Positions 34,864 to 47,830 of a stretch of 64,000 nt of DNA are shown one piece after another. The stretch comes from Malacoraja senta (lineage: Eukaryota), in contig CM075981.1 in assembly GCA_038087875.1 (NCBI GenBank), positions 13,268,001 to 13,332,000 of the forward strand, given 5' to 3'. Positions within the stretch are counted from its first letter, which is position 1. The number at the start of each line of letters is the position of its first letter. The notes beneath the pieces are model-generated. The model saw only the letters and a program-made list of their open reading frames with translations, had not been told where the DNA came from and searched no databases. Position numbers and translations under genes: made by a program.

Positions 34864-36779
34864 ATTTTGTGTCTACCTTCGATTTAAACCAGCATCTGCA
34901 GTTCTTTCTTTCACAATTAGTTCTGGCTGACAGCTCTTCTTAAATGTGACAGTGAGCGGTTCAAGGCCAGTGAATTTATCTTAGTGTCCTCCCATGTTGG
35001 AATGTTTGCTTGTGGGTTGAATAGTTTTAACAAGTAAATGAAGCAACTTTTACAGCTCAGGTTTTATGTTCAAAGCAGATCAACTCTGTCTACTTTGTAA
35101 AAGTTAAGTATGTGTTAATCAACTAGTTAAAAATCAAGGAAGCATAGTTTTCGTGGATGGTCAACAATCATGTGGGATGTCTATCAGTTCACCCTATCAA
35201 CCTCAGCAGATGCAATAGAACATAACAATATCCCAGTGTGCACAGGCAAAAGAAAATGTATCAAATAAATCTAAAGAAAATATGTCTTGATATTTTTTAA
35301 CGTACTTTTGAAGTTTTGTAATACTGTATTGCGAAACACAGCAGCTGATTTATGTTCTCTAAACAAATTTATGAAATATAAGTAGCAATCGATTCATGTG
35401 AAATAAGCAAGATATTAAGTGATACTAAGTAAAACAATTTATAAAGAATTAACATACCCGTTTTTCACATACAAGACCTTACAATGTGACGGCCCTTTCA
35501 CAAAACCATGTTGACTTTTCTTAATAGCCATATTTTTTCCAATGCCTTACATTAATATTTCACTATGTAGATGTTAAGCTAATCAGCTTATAGTTTCCTG
35601 CCATTTGTCTCCCTCTTTTGTTCGAATAAAAGAGTTATCTTTGCTGTTTTCAAATCTAATGGAATCTTCCCCAAATCTCGGTAATTTTGGAAAATTAAAA
35701 ACATGCCAACTATCCCACTTCTTTATAACACCCTAAGTAGAAGAACTTCAGGATCTAGGGATATGTCAACTTAATACTTCGATAACTTGCTCAGTACAAT
35801 TGCCCAGGCAATTTTAATTTTCCTGAGTTCTCCTCTCCCTCCTGATATATAGATGTATTGATGCAAAATATGTGCTTGATTCATTGCCAATCTCTTTTCC
35901 ATGTTTAATTCCCCAAAAATTATTTTTATTTTTGAAAAGTGAGGTTCTTTTCTTTTTCAACATCTTTTTTAAACAATTGTGCTTCACTGCGGATCGTGAG
36001 AGGCCACTGAGACGCATAAAACAGGCATAACTAAAAATGAAGTACTTTACTAAATTAATTAATCTAATTTAAAAGTAACTAAATAGTCAAAAATAGCACA
36101 CAATCGTAGGAGCCAAGGTGAAATTGTGGCCACTTTGTGAAAACCAGCAATCAGTTTTTGAGTATAATGACTGTGAATATTTGCAAACAATAGCAACAAA
36201 ACAGGCTTTGTAATTAGTGTAGCACGGAGACAAGGTTATTGTTTATTATCTCACAGTTTAAAATGGCAAGATCTATGATAACAAAACTGGTACTGTGAGA
36301 AACCGCACAACTTGAAGTCGAGTTGTTACAAGGAACGTAAACTATGAAACTTAGCACAAAGACTGTCTTGTTCAACTATGAACTGATCCAAGGACAATTT
36401 TACAAAGTAACCTTGTAAACAGTTCAACAGGTGCCCAGTACTTTCCACTCATAATCATTACAGTACTTGGCTGAGGGCCAGTTTCAAGACTGCAACTTCT
36501 AACTGTGCCGCAAAGCCTCACATGCTGCGTGATCGATGGCTGGCTGGTTTGATCAGCCCCACTGCTAAAGTCAGACCCACGCCTGATGGTCAACCTAATT
36601 CATCATCTGTGATACATATGAATTATAATTAATGAGAACTAATGAGCATGAATGGTTGTAGAGTGAATTGTAAACTATGAATTCTCTTAGGATTATAGGT
36701 CCGTGTTGAGGCTCACTGTGTTTCCTGTCTGATTTATTTAGTCTGCCCAAATGGGAATTCCAGTTTTCATATTGCAAAG

Positions 36780-36856
36780 ATCCCACAGCCGATGGATCAA
36801 ATCAAAAAGCTGTATTTCACATACAGCTTTTTGATTTGATCCATCGGCTGTGGGAT
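36780..36856. repeat. Perfect 36-bp inverted repeat with 5-nt loop
   Basis: atcccacagccgatggatcaaatcaaaaagctgtat-ttcac-atacagctttttgatttgatccatcggctgtgggat. Confidence 0.97.
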
Positions 36857-37459
36857 ATGTCGTACATTTTGCGGGAGACGTTGAACTACATATAGACAGG
36901 ACAAATCATATTTCCTGTCATAAGGGGGAAGATGAATTCAAAATCTTTTCTGGATCAATATTGTGAGATACAAAGAAGGGGGAAAAAAGCTATACTGGAC
37001 TTTTAGAGCAATTGATAATCTTGCTGTAAAGCAACTTTTGGGAAAGAGTGATCATAATATGATGACATTTTTTTATTTTTTTTTATTTTTATTTATTAGA
37101 AGTACATTACATTACAACCAATTACATTAGTACTCGTCACGTATATCTTATTACAATTAATGTACTCCGTCATTTTTTACACTAATAAAAAGGAAAGGAT
37201 GAGATTGAGAGAAAGGAGAAAGTGAAGGAAAATAGTGAATGTGTAAAAACATGACAACAAGAAAGAACAAAGACCCTGTAAGAAAGAAATTTAAAAAAAA
37301 ATTAAGAGATAGACCCTAAAGAAGAAGAAAAAAGAGAAAGAGGGAAAAGAGAAAAACAAATACTTTATTATAAGCATCACGCAAATGGGATAAAGCAACT
37401 CTCCAGCTTTCATCCCCCCTTACCTGACCTCAGTTTTTTTTTTAAAGTACTTTTGCACC

Positions 37460-40400
37460 CTATACTTGTAATAATTCTATAAATGCAGACCACGTCAGGT
37501 GGAAGTGATCTGGTTTACCTGCCAGGTGGAGTCTTATCTCTTCTAGGTGTAATGTTTCGAACATATTTGAAATCCACATGGTAGTTGGTATTGGAGCGTT
37601 TTTCCAGAATTTTAGGATTAACTTTTTTCCAGTTATTAACCCATAGTCTATTAATTTCTTTTGAAACACATTTAGTTCTGGACTATCTTGCGTTGTTCCG
37701 AAGATAATCCATTCTGCTTTAGGTATCAGTTTTATTTTAAGTAATTTTGTAAAGATTTCAAAAATTTAAATCCAAAATTTTTGATTTTTTGTACAGAAAA
37801 CAAATGAGTGCGCTATAGTAGCTTCTTGAGATTGACATTTATCACAAATGGATGATACATTTGGGAAAATTTTATTAATTTTAGTTTTGGAATAATATAA
37901 TCTATGTAAAATTTTAAATTGTATTAAAGTGTGTCTTACATTAATCGAACATTTATGCACGTTTAATAAATGTTCATTCCACCTTTCCTTTGAGATTTTA
38001 ATAGCTAATTCTTGTTCCCAGTCTCTTCTAATACCTTCCGTAGATGGTATTTTTACATTTAAGATAATATTATACAAATATGATATTAAGTTTGCTGATT
38101 CAGCTTTTATCTGCATTGCTTCATCCAGTACATCTGCTGGGATATTATAATGATCTTTTGTATATTTTTTCAAATAGTCACATATTTGAAAATATTTAAA
38201 ATATTGATTATTTCCCAGTTTATATTTTATTTGTAATTGTTGGAATGATAATAATTTTCCAGTTTCATACAAGTCACTGAACGTTTTAATTCCTAGTCTA
38301 TCCCATTGTATAAAAGATTTGTCTGTAATAGAGGGATTAAAAGAGGGGTTATTAACTATTGGAGATAACAGCGATAGATTTCTTAAAGCTCTGTCCCACG
38401 GGTTTGCGGTCATTGGCGGTGAAGCGCGGCGTCGCCGGAAGAGGGGACCGCACGGCAACCACGTGAGCGCCGCACGGCAACCATGTGAGCGCCGCACGGA
38501 TGCTGCGCGGGGGCCGAGTACGGCCGGTTCCACGAGCTTGCGGCGTCGGGTGATGACGTCATCGCGCTATGCGATGACGTCTTTCGGATCGCGGGGCTGT
38601 GGCGGTGGCCGTGCCGCACACGTGCCTCACTGGCGGCGGTCGTGCCACACACTTGCCTCACTGGCGGCGGCCATGCCGCACTGGCGGAGGCTGTGGCGGT
38701 GCAAGTTCGACGCACGGCACTCGTGCCGCACTGGCGGCGGCTGTGGCGGCGACCGTGCCGCACTCATGCCTCACTGGTGGCGGCTGTGCGGTAAGAACAT
38801 ATTTTTGGACAGTGTTGATTTTTTTTTAGCACCGTGCGGTGTTGGGAACAACGCCGCACGGCCCCGGAATTGTGCGTTTGACCGAGTCCGCGGTCTCTGG
38901 CGGTCCAGGAGCGGTAGATTCTTCCTGTTTCGCCGCCAATGACCGCAGACTCGTGGGACAGGCCTTTTAATTTTAAATTTTGTTTTATTTGTTTCCAAGT
39001 TTTGATTGTACTATGTATAATTGGGTTTTTGTTATAATTTATGTTATTCAGTTTCATTGGTGAGAGGAGGATCGCTCCAATGTTTCCAGAGGAGCAGTCC
39101 TCTCTCTCCATTACAATCCAGTCCACTTGCTGGGCAGAGTTGTCCATCAGTTGAATCATATTTTTAATATTTACTGACCAATAATAATACATGAAGTTAG
39201 GGAGTGCTAAGCCCCCTAATACTTTAGCTTTGTTCAAGTGTGTTCTTTGTATTCTATGTGATTTATAGTCCCATATAAAATTAGTAATGTCTGAATCCAG
39301 TTTTAAAAAAAACTTCTATTGTAGGTATATAGGAATCGATTGAAATAGGTATAAAATTTGTGGTAAGAAGATCATTTTTATTGCATTTATTCGGCCTATT
39401 AAAGACATCGGGAGCGTTTTCCAAAATGTTATTAGTGTATTTAATTTATTAAGTAAAGGATCAAAATTTGCTTTAAACATGCCTTGATATGTTCTAGTGA
39501 TTTCAATACCCAAGTATTTAAATTTTTCTGTAGCTATTTTAAAAGGGAATTTTAAAAGATGTGTTGAGTCTTTCGGTTTTATTGACATAATTTCACTTTT
39601 ATTCCAATTTATTCTGTATCCAGAAAAAGATCCAAAGTCCTCAATTAGATTTAATATGTTTGGTATAGTAATTTGAGGTTTTGTAATGTACAATAATATA
39701 TCATCCACGTATAAAGATATTTTATTATTTGAATATTTAGTATTATACCCATGGATATCTGGATGTGTTCTAATTTTTTCTGCTAACGGTTCAATTATGA
39801 GAGCAAACAACTGTGGTGATAATGAGCATCCTTGTCCATTTCCCCTTGATAGTTGAAATTTCGAGGATAATATGTTATTAGTTAATATTCTAGCTGTAGG
39901 TTTATTATATAATAATTTAATCCATAAAATAAAATTCTCTCCCAGTTGGAATTTTTGTAATACTTTATCCATATAATTCCATTCTGCTTGGTCAAATGCT
40001 TTTTCAGCGTCCAGCGAAATAATTGATAATTCTTGTTCTTCAATTTTGTGTGAGTGCATTATATTGAGTAGACGTCTCATATTTTAGATGAATATCTCTT
40101 GGGGATAAACCCCGTCTGATCTGGGTTTATTAATTTACTAATATATTTACTTAATCTTCTAGCTAATGTTTTCGATAATATTTTCTGATCTGTATTTAAC
40201 AATGCTATAGCTCTATATGAACCCGGTTCTTCTATATCTTTGTCTTTTTTAAGTATTAGTGTGATCGTTGATTCAGCTAATGTATCAGGTAATATTTGTT
40301 TTTTAAAAGCATATTGATACACTTTTTGTAATCGTGGTATAATTTTGTCATAAAAGCTTTTATAAAATTCATTAGTAAATCCATCAGGACCTGGTGTTTT

Positions 40401-41831
40401 TCCATTCTTTAATTAGTTTATTGTATCTTCTAATTCCTTAATTGAGATTTGTGCACCCAATTCCTCTTGTTCCTTCAACTCTAACTTTGGAAGATTACAA
40501 TTATCCAAGAACTCTGTAATTTTATTGGAGTCAGTTGTCGTTTTAGATGTATACAAATTCTCATAAAATTGCGCAAATCTTTTATTAATATCCTTCGGTA
40601 TGGTTAATAATTCCCCTCTATCTGATTTAATCTTTTGGATCGTATGTTCTTTTTATCGTTTTTTTAGCTGGCGAGCCAAAGGTTTATGCGGTTTATCCCC
40701 AAATTCAAAGTGCTCCTGTTTTGTAATTTGGAAAAGTCTTATAGGTTTGGCTGATAATAGTTTATTTAATTTAAATTTCAAAATTATTATTTTATTATGT
40801 TTATCTATTGATGGATCTTTAGCATTATCTATATCCATTTGTCTAATAAGTTCTTCTAACTGTCTTTGTTCATTCTTATTCTTTTTATTTTTAAAAGCTT
40901 GATATGAGATTATAATACCTCTAATGAATGCTTTAAAAGATTCCCATAGTACAGTAGGCGATATATCTGGAGTGTCATTTATTTCAAAAAAGGCGTCCAT
41001 TTGTTCTTTTAAATATATACTCGCTTGCGGATCTTTTAGGATTTGAGAATTATATCTCCAAAACGATTTATTCTTAGACATTTCTTCCAGTTTTAAAAAG
41101 AAAGTTAGTGGTGAATGGTCTGAAATCGAGTTTGTATCGTATGCTGGGTTCAAAGTGTGAGGGATTAATTTTGTATCCACCAGGAAATAATCTATACGTG
41201 AGTATGTTTTATGTACCATTGAATAAAACGAGTATTCCCTGCCAGTTGGATTAGCAATTCTCCAAACATCTGCTATATTAGTATTGTTTATATAAGTATT
41301 TAAAAGTTCACCGGTTTTAGATTTCGTATTCCATCTCTGTTTTTGGCTTGATTTGTCTAAATACGGATCTAAAACACAGTTGAAGTCTCCTCCTATTATA
41401 AAATTTTGATAATTAAACTCTGCGATTATGTTCAGAATTTTATTGAAAAAATGAGGGTTGTCAAAGTTAGGCACGTATATATTTACCAAAGTAATTGGAG
41501 TATCATGAATTTCTCCGTTAACTATCAAATATCTCCCTTCAATGTCTGTTATGGTATTCTTTGCTTTGAATGGTATACCTTTTCTAATAATGATTGACAT
41601 ACCTCTAGATTTCGAAGTATATGAGGAATGATATATTTGACCTATCCATTTCGCCCTCAACCTAGCCTGATCCTGAGATTTTAGATTAGTTTCTTGTAAG
41701 AAGATGATGTCAGAATTGTACAGTTTCAGCTGAGCTAGTATCTTACCCCTTTTAATAGGTTCGTTAATACCTCTTATATTCCAGCTGCAGAATGAGACTC
41801 CTCCTAGGTTCTTTTGTTTAGCATCTTGCAT
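37460..41831 (-). pseudogene. L1 ORF2 (APE endonuclease, RT, zinc knuckle), several frameshifts + MITE insertion
   Basis: SWNIRG, FLQET, GGDFN, YSRIDY, ISDHSP; YRAIALLNTD.KIL, DAEKAFD, QGCSLSP, YVDD, KYLGI, GGLALP; CDKC..H.F..C. Confidence 0.93.
38386..38966. mobile_element. PIF/Harbinger-like MITE inside L1 ORF2
   Basis: ~38-bp imperfect TIRs (AAGCTCTGTCCCACG..CGTGGGACAGGCCTT), TTA TSD; removing it restores KQNLKL-RNLSLLSP in frame. Confidence 0.92.
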
Positions 41832-42717
41832 TTTGAATAATTATAGTACCTTTAAATCTTGCGGTGCATCCATATCCCAGGTCTTTGGGTATTGGGGGAA
41901 CCTTTGCATTACTAAGTTTTGTTGGCATATCCCTTTTATGCTTATCACTAAACACAAAACACAAATATGTGAGTTTATGTGATAATAATAATTTAAAAAA
42001 ATTGAAAATACAGTGTTAAAATAGTCGACACTGTAACAAGTGGCCCACCTGTAGGTGGGAGAAAACCTTGTTTCGACTTCCATTGTTGATGTTAAACAAA
42101 TAACTCCGCTCTCTTGGTTAATCATAACATATTAGAACGGGGCCTCACATTCAGATATATGATACAAATTTATCCTATATATTTCATTATGACATATCAT
42201 ATATATATCGCAATTTTAGCTACTAATTATTAAACAAATGATTTTAGCTTCAATAATAGTCAACTGTTGGTTGAAGGGGTTAACGAAACGCGCCCCTGGA
42301 CCTAAGCCAGTTGCTCGTTTCTCATCCCCTCCTCCCAGTCATAGATAAGGTTTGGATTTAGTGAAAATTTATATTAGTTTTGTTAGTTCGTTATTTTTTT
42401 TTTTTATTAGCGTCCGTTACTATTCTAGTTTAATATTGATAACTTGTTAAATTGTTAGGTTGTTAATCGGATCAATTCTTACAATTGGATTTAATATTAT
42501 AATCTGTTAAACAATTAATGCTTCTGGTATAGTCCATTCTCATCAGTTCGGCTGTTTACTTCGTTTGGAACACAGAATGTCCTTGAGTCAAAATTCCACT
42601 GATAACAGTCTCGCCATCCTAAACAAAACACTGCTTGAAATGGTTCTGAGCTGCCAAACCTCCATTAACCGTGGAATTCTAATAAAAAAGAGGATTTATT
42701 CATACCATTAATTTCTA

Positions 42718-43340
42718 CTATTCAACGATGCTCTGGGCATATTTGTACGCCTCCTCCGGTTTTACAAATGATCTTTCACGTCCATTATCAGAAATACGCA
42801 TTTTGGCTGGATAAAAAACACCGTATCTGACATCTTTTTTCCCTCTTAAAAGTTCTTTTGCCTTTCCGAATTGATTTCTCTTTTGCACAATTTCATACGG
42901 ATAGTCCCTGAATATTTTGATAATGTCATTATCCAACCGCAATTGCACTCCGTATTTAATTTTACTCATCACCTCTTCCAGTTCTGAAATGTCTCGAAAT
43001 TTCACAATAATATGTCGTGGGTGGTCTTTTCCAGCTTGAGGTCTCGGTTTAAATCTTGGAACACGATGAGCCACTTCAATTTTCGGTTCTTTGGAGAGAT
43101 TAAGCAGTTGTTTAAGTAAGTCCATGGCAAAAGCACGAACGTCCCTTCCCTCAGTTCCCAAGAATTCTCAAATTCTGGCATCTAGAGCGAGCTTCCAGGT
43201 CCAGGCATTTATCTGAGAATTTCCCCAGTTGAGTCGTCATCTGTACTGAAGTTTGCTCATATTCTTGCTTCATTTGATCATGTTCTTGCCTCATTTTCAC
43301 CATGCCTTCAACCACTCGAGCCATATTTTTCTCCAATTCT
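42718..43340 (-). pseudogene. L1 ORF1 C-terminal part (coiled-coil end, RRM, CTD)
   Basis: LDLEARSRCQNLRILG, IEVAHRV, PRHIIVKF, IFRDY, YPAKMRI; one frameshift near 43155. Confidence 0.88.
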
Positions 43341-43943
43341 GGTGGCGCCATGTTATACTAAGAGGCGTGCACCTAGCTCCGCTCTCGAAAAATTTCGCGA
43401 TTTTTCGCGTAAAAACGGGTCCATAAGTCGGAATTGGATTAAAAACCTTACCGGAGCTTCTGGTCGCCGGGCTGATGGCGTCATCAGTAAGCGCGATGTT
43501 TTAAACGGTGGCTTAAGACTTTTAAATGAGAAAACTGTCTCCAGCTAAGAGCCCTCAGAGAACAGTTAAAAAACAGCTGCTGAAAAATTTGAAGAAGCCT
43601 GAAGGAGAAGTTACCTCTGAAGTTTCTGAAGTGGCTGTAGAAATGGATACAAGATTTAAGACAGAGCTGACTAAGGATAAAGAACATGAGGATTTGAAGA
43701 AATCAGTGAAGGATATGAAAGATGAAATTATGGATGAAAATAAAACTCTGATGGGACAAATGATGGGACAAAACCGAAAAGATGATGCAGGATTCGAATG
43801 CTGGTAATCAGAAGGTGGCTGATTGACTGGATACTATAAATAAACGAATTGATGATGTGAAAGATGGACTATCGGGGAGAATTGATAAGATGGAAAAAAT
43901 TACTACGGACAGGTTCACGGCTGTGCTTGAAACAGTAGCTGCA
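43341..43943 (+). pseudogene. Inverted L1 5' end: CpG-rich 5'UTR (43341-43525) + ORF1 N-terminal coiled coil (ATG 43526)
   Basis: GGTGGCGCCATG start; MRKLSPAKSP..KKSVKDMKDEIM.. then TINKRIDDVKDGLSGRIDKMEK..LETVAA directly abutting the TSD. Confidence 0.8.
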
Positions 43944-43959
43944 AATATGATGACATTTT

Positions 43960-45010
43960 AAAGTGATTTTGAAGGTAAGTTAGTTTAACACAAAAACCGG
44001 TTCTTAAACCTAAGCAAAGGAAAATGTAAAAGTGTGAGAAGAGAGTTGGTATGTCGATTGATGAATACGTTAATAAACAACACATTGGACAAACTCTGGT
44101 TTATATCCAAAGAAATAATGCACACTTGGCAGAAACATATACTTTTAAGGCATAAATACCCAACAGGAAAAGTGATTAATCAATTGCTAATCAGATGAAA
44201 AAATATTACTGGAGAAGGTGATGAGCTTAAAGGCTGAAAGATCACAAGGGCCTGACGAGGTCAACCTAGAATTTTTGAGAAGATTGTTTTAGACATGATG
44301 GATGCATTGGATATCAGCTTCCAAGGTTCTGTAGATTCTGGAATTTTTCTCATGGATCAGTGGATGGCAAATGTGACCCCTTTATTTAAGAAAAAAGAGA
44401 GAAAGAAAATAAGAAATAATTGATTGTTGGCCTGATAACAGCAGTTGGTAAATTGCTAGAATCTATAATGAAGGGTATAACAACAGAGCACCTCAAAATG
44501 ATTAACAGGATTGAGTATCAATGTAAATTAGACTAATCGGTTAGAGTTACTTGAAGATGTAGCGAGAAGGATGTTTTGCCCTGTAAGTTACTCCAATGGG
44601 CCAAAATAGCCTCTGTTTTTTGTTTTAAGGAAATATGGAGAATACATAAGGAGACTCCCGTGGCGTGGTGTAGTTGGGTTTCCATACGAAAACTCTGAGA
44701 TCCCACGCAGGAGGTTGGTCAACAAAATTACAGTGCATGTAAGTGGGGCAATACACTGACCTAAGCGTGGATGGTTATCCTGTCCAATAACCTCTATTAA
44801 CCACAATTGCGATACACCAGCACTTTGTGTCCTTTTTCGTAACCAGTAACTGCAGTTCCTTGTATCCACAATTAATATTATCAGCTGGCCCTGAAGGTAG
44901 TGGGGCTGTCTTATAGCTACGATGAGCATGGATCACATGGACCAGGTGTAATATGAGATAGGCGAGAAGAATGTGGTTTGACGGGGAAGGGTGGGACACT
45001 GAAGGAAGAC
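43960..45010 (+). mobile_element. Old degraded CR1 ORF2 (continuation of 36870-37071)
   Basis: GAGTGATCATAATATGATGACATTTT|AAAGTGATTTTGAA rejoins the SDHNM motif; GGCAAATGTGACCCCTTTATTTAAGAA. Confidence 0.65.
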
Positions 45011-45608
45011 TTTCTTGGTTGACTGAGAAAATGGTGGGAAACAATGGCCTCGATCTTTGTGTCTGAGAACCAATAAGCTCCTTGAACATTGTTGGATGTA
45101 CGGGTTCAGGGGATAATAGAGAGTGCTTTCAGATTACATTTTGTAGAGGGGAAGAGAAGCTGGGATAAAAAGTAAACTGCAGGAGGAACTCTGCCATTCA
45201 GACAACATCTGTGGAGATGAAGTGATGGGCGATGTTTCGGGTTGAGACCTTGCACCAGGTCATAAGGGAAACTGGGTTATCTTTTCAATTAAAGATGTGC
45301 ATGGATAGCAAGTGTGTAGGAAAGAACTGCAAATACTGGTTTACACCCAAGATAGACACAAAATGCTAGGGCAACTCAGCGGGTCAGGCAGCATCTTTCG
45401 AGAAAAGGAATTGGTGACGCTTCAGGTCGAAACGCCTTCTTCAGACTGGGAATCAGTGGGAGGGGGGGGGGGGGTTGCTAAATATTTTAACTCCCCTTCC
45501 CATACTGACCTTTTCGTCCTGGGCTTCCTCCACTGTCAGCGTGAGGCCACACGCAAATTGGAGGAACAGCACCTCATATTTCATTTGGGCAGCTTACAAC
45601 CCAGTGGT

Positions 45609-46412
45609 ATTGGATTGGATTGGATTGGATTCAATTTATTGTCATTGTCTCATAAGAGACAATGAAATGCTATTTTCCTTACAGTCATAAAAATTTAAAA
45701 AAGCACAAAACACAGAAGTCCACGACACAAGCATCCCCACAGCGGCACCAAAGTTCCCCACTGTGAGGGATGGAACCAAAGTCCAGTCCACCTCCTCGCT
45801 GATCTTCCCAGATGTTCACCCGTGGTCGGGGGCTCCCGAGCACCCCGTGGTCGCCGCTACGGGTGGCCCGATGTTCAGGCCCTCTCGCCGGGAATGATGG
45901 AACCCCAACGTCGAACGGGAGAACATCCTCAGCGGCCCGGACCTCTAAATCGGCCACGTCCCACCGGAGTCCGCGGCTCCCAAAGTCCACAGGCCGTGCT
46001 GGGCGGAGATTCACGCTGGCGACCCCCGACAAAGGGTCGCAGGACTCCGCGATGTTGGTCAGCGCCGCCCGCGTTGGGAGCTCCGCGAACCACAGCTCCG
46101 CGATGTCGATGCAGCAGGCCCAACACTCCGGAGCTCCAAACGGCGATCCCAGGTGAGGCATCGCCCGCTCCGCGATGTATCCAGCGCTGCGCCGCCGCTG
46201 CTGGAGCTCTGGTTGGTCCCGGCAGGAAAGGCCGCGCCAATCCAGTAGGTAAGTCGCGGGGGGGCGGGCGAGGACGCGACTCGAATAATTGTCGCATCCT
46301 CTCCAGGAAGCGACTGAAGGATGGTTTCCCCCTTACCATACCCTCTTCCCCCCACATAAAGAAAATAAAAATTAAAAAAACATACTTTAAACATAACAAA
46401 AAATAAAAAAAG
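45609..46412 (-). mobile_element. GC-rich non-autonomous retroelement (copy C), Rex1/Babar-type tail
   Basis: T-rich/TGTGGGGG segment, GC-rich body, CACAGTGGG..CCGCTGTG hairpin, tail CATTTCATTGTCTC-TTAT-GAGACAATGACAATAAA(AATCC)n. Confidence 0.75.
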
Positions 46413-47054
46413 ATTTGTATGTTTGTATGAATGTTGAATGACTTATTCAATCATTTTGTGTCTATCTATGGAATAGTCAATATGTTTGCAGAGATTAGGG
46501 CGTCATTGTGATTGTTATAGTTGACTCTGTTCTGACTATAATTGATTAAAATCAGGATGTCAAAGTTCATGTTTGTATTCCTTCAATTCAAGAGGGAGGA
46601 ATAGCAGAAATATCATGACAACAGAAACACATCTACGGAAAAGGAATCCACTTAATTTTTGGATGAGTTAATCAAGGTCTGTGCTCGACTGCTTACAGTT
46701 ATGCAGATTAGTTACGAGTTAAACTTTCTACAAATGGTCTGTTTAACCAGCAAACTGAATCCTGACTCAACCTTCCCAATCAGTCAACAAACTTTTTTGT
46801 CCATGACACACTGTGATAAGAAGGAACTGCAGATTTTGGTCTAAACCGAAGTTAGACACAAAATGTTAGTAGAAGTTACTAACTAGAAAATTCAACATTC
46901 TTACCACTGGGTTGCAAGCCACCCCAGCAAAATGTGAGATGCTGTTCCTCGCATTTGGGTGTGGCCTTAACATTTTGTCATCACTCGTCATTTGACATTG
47001 TCGTGTTATTATTACCTAGTCACTCATCTTTATCTCTGTCCCTTGAAATTACAT

Positions 47055-47830
47055 AGAGTCATAGAGTGATACAATGTAGAAACAGGCCCTTTAGCCCAAC
47101 TTGCCCACACTGGCCAACATGTCCAAACTACACTAGTCCCACCTGCCTGCGCTTGGTCCATATCCCTCCAAACCTGTCCTATCCATGTACCTGTCTAACT
47201 GTTTCTTAAACGTTGGGATAGTCCCAGCCTCAACTACCTCGTCTGGCAGCTTGTTCCACACACCCACCACTCTTTGTGTGAAAAAGTTACCCCTCAGATT
47301 CCTATTAAATCTTTTCCCCTTCACCTTGACACTATGTCCTCTGGTCCTCAATTCCCCTACTCTGGGCAAGAGACTCTGTGCATCTATATTTAAGAAGGAA
47401 CTGCAGATGCTGGAAAATCGAAGGTAGACAAAAGTGCTGGAGAAACTCAGCGGGTGCAGCAGCATCTATGGAGCAAAGGAAATAGGTAATGTTTCGGGCC
47501 GAAGAAGGGTTTTGGCCCGAAACGTTGCCTATTTCCTTCACTCCATAGACTCTGTACATCTACCTGATCTATTCCTCTCATGATTTTGTACACCTCTATA
47601 AGATCACCCCTCATCCTCCTGCGCTCCAAGGAATAGAGACTCAGTCTATTCAACCTCTCCCTATAGCTCACACCCTCTAGCAACATCCTCGTAAATCTTC
47701 TCTGAACCCTTTCAAGCTTGACAATATATTTCCTATAACATGGTGCTTGGAACTGAACACCATATTCTAAATGCGGTCTCACCAACGTCTTGTACAACTG
47801 CTACATGACTTCCCAACTTCTATACTCTCA
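47055..47830 (-). mobile_element. CR1 3' fragment containing a Penelope fold-back insertion
   Basis: YKTLVRPHLEYGVQF..LERVQRRFTRML..RTRGHS..FFTQRVVGVWN. Confidence 0.9.
47387..47546. mobile_element. Fold-back Penelope pLTR mini-insertion
   Basis: 16-bp TSD agactctgt(g/a)catcta (47371-86, 47547-62); two pLTR pieces in opposite orientation. Confidence 0.85.

Larger units (their letters stand above)
37072..43943 (-). mobile_element. Full-length L1-clade LINE with 5' inversion, inserted in an old CR1 endonuclease region
   Basis: 16-bp TSD aatatgatgacatttt (37056-71, 43944-59); A-rich tail at left; TTTT/AA target; ORF2 and the 3' part of ORF1 on minus, 5'UTR + ORF1 N-terminus on plus. Confidence 0.92.
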
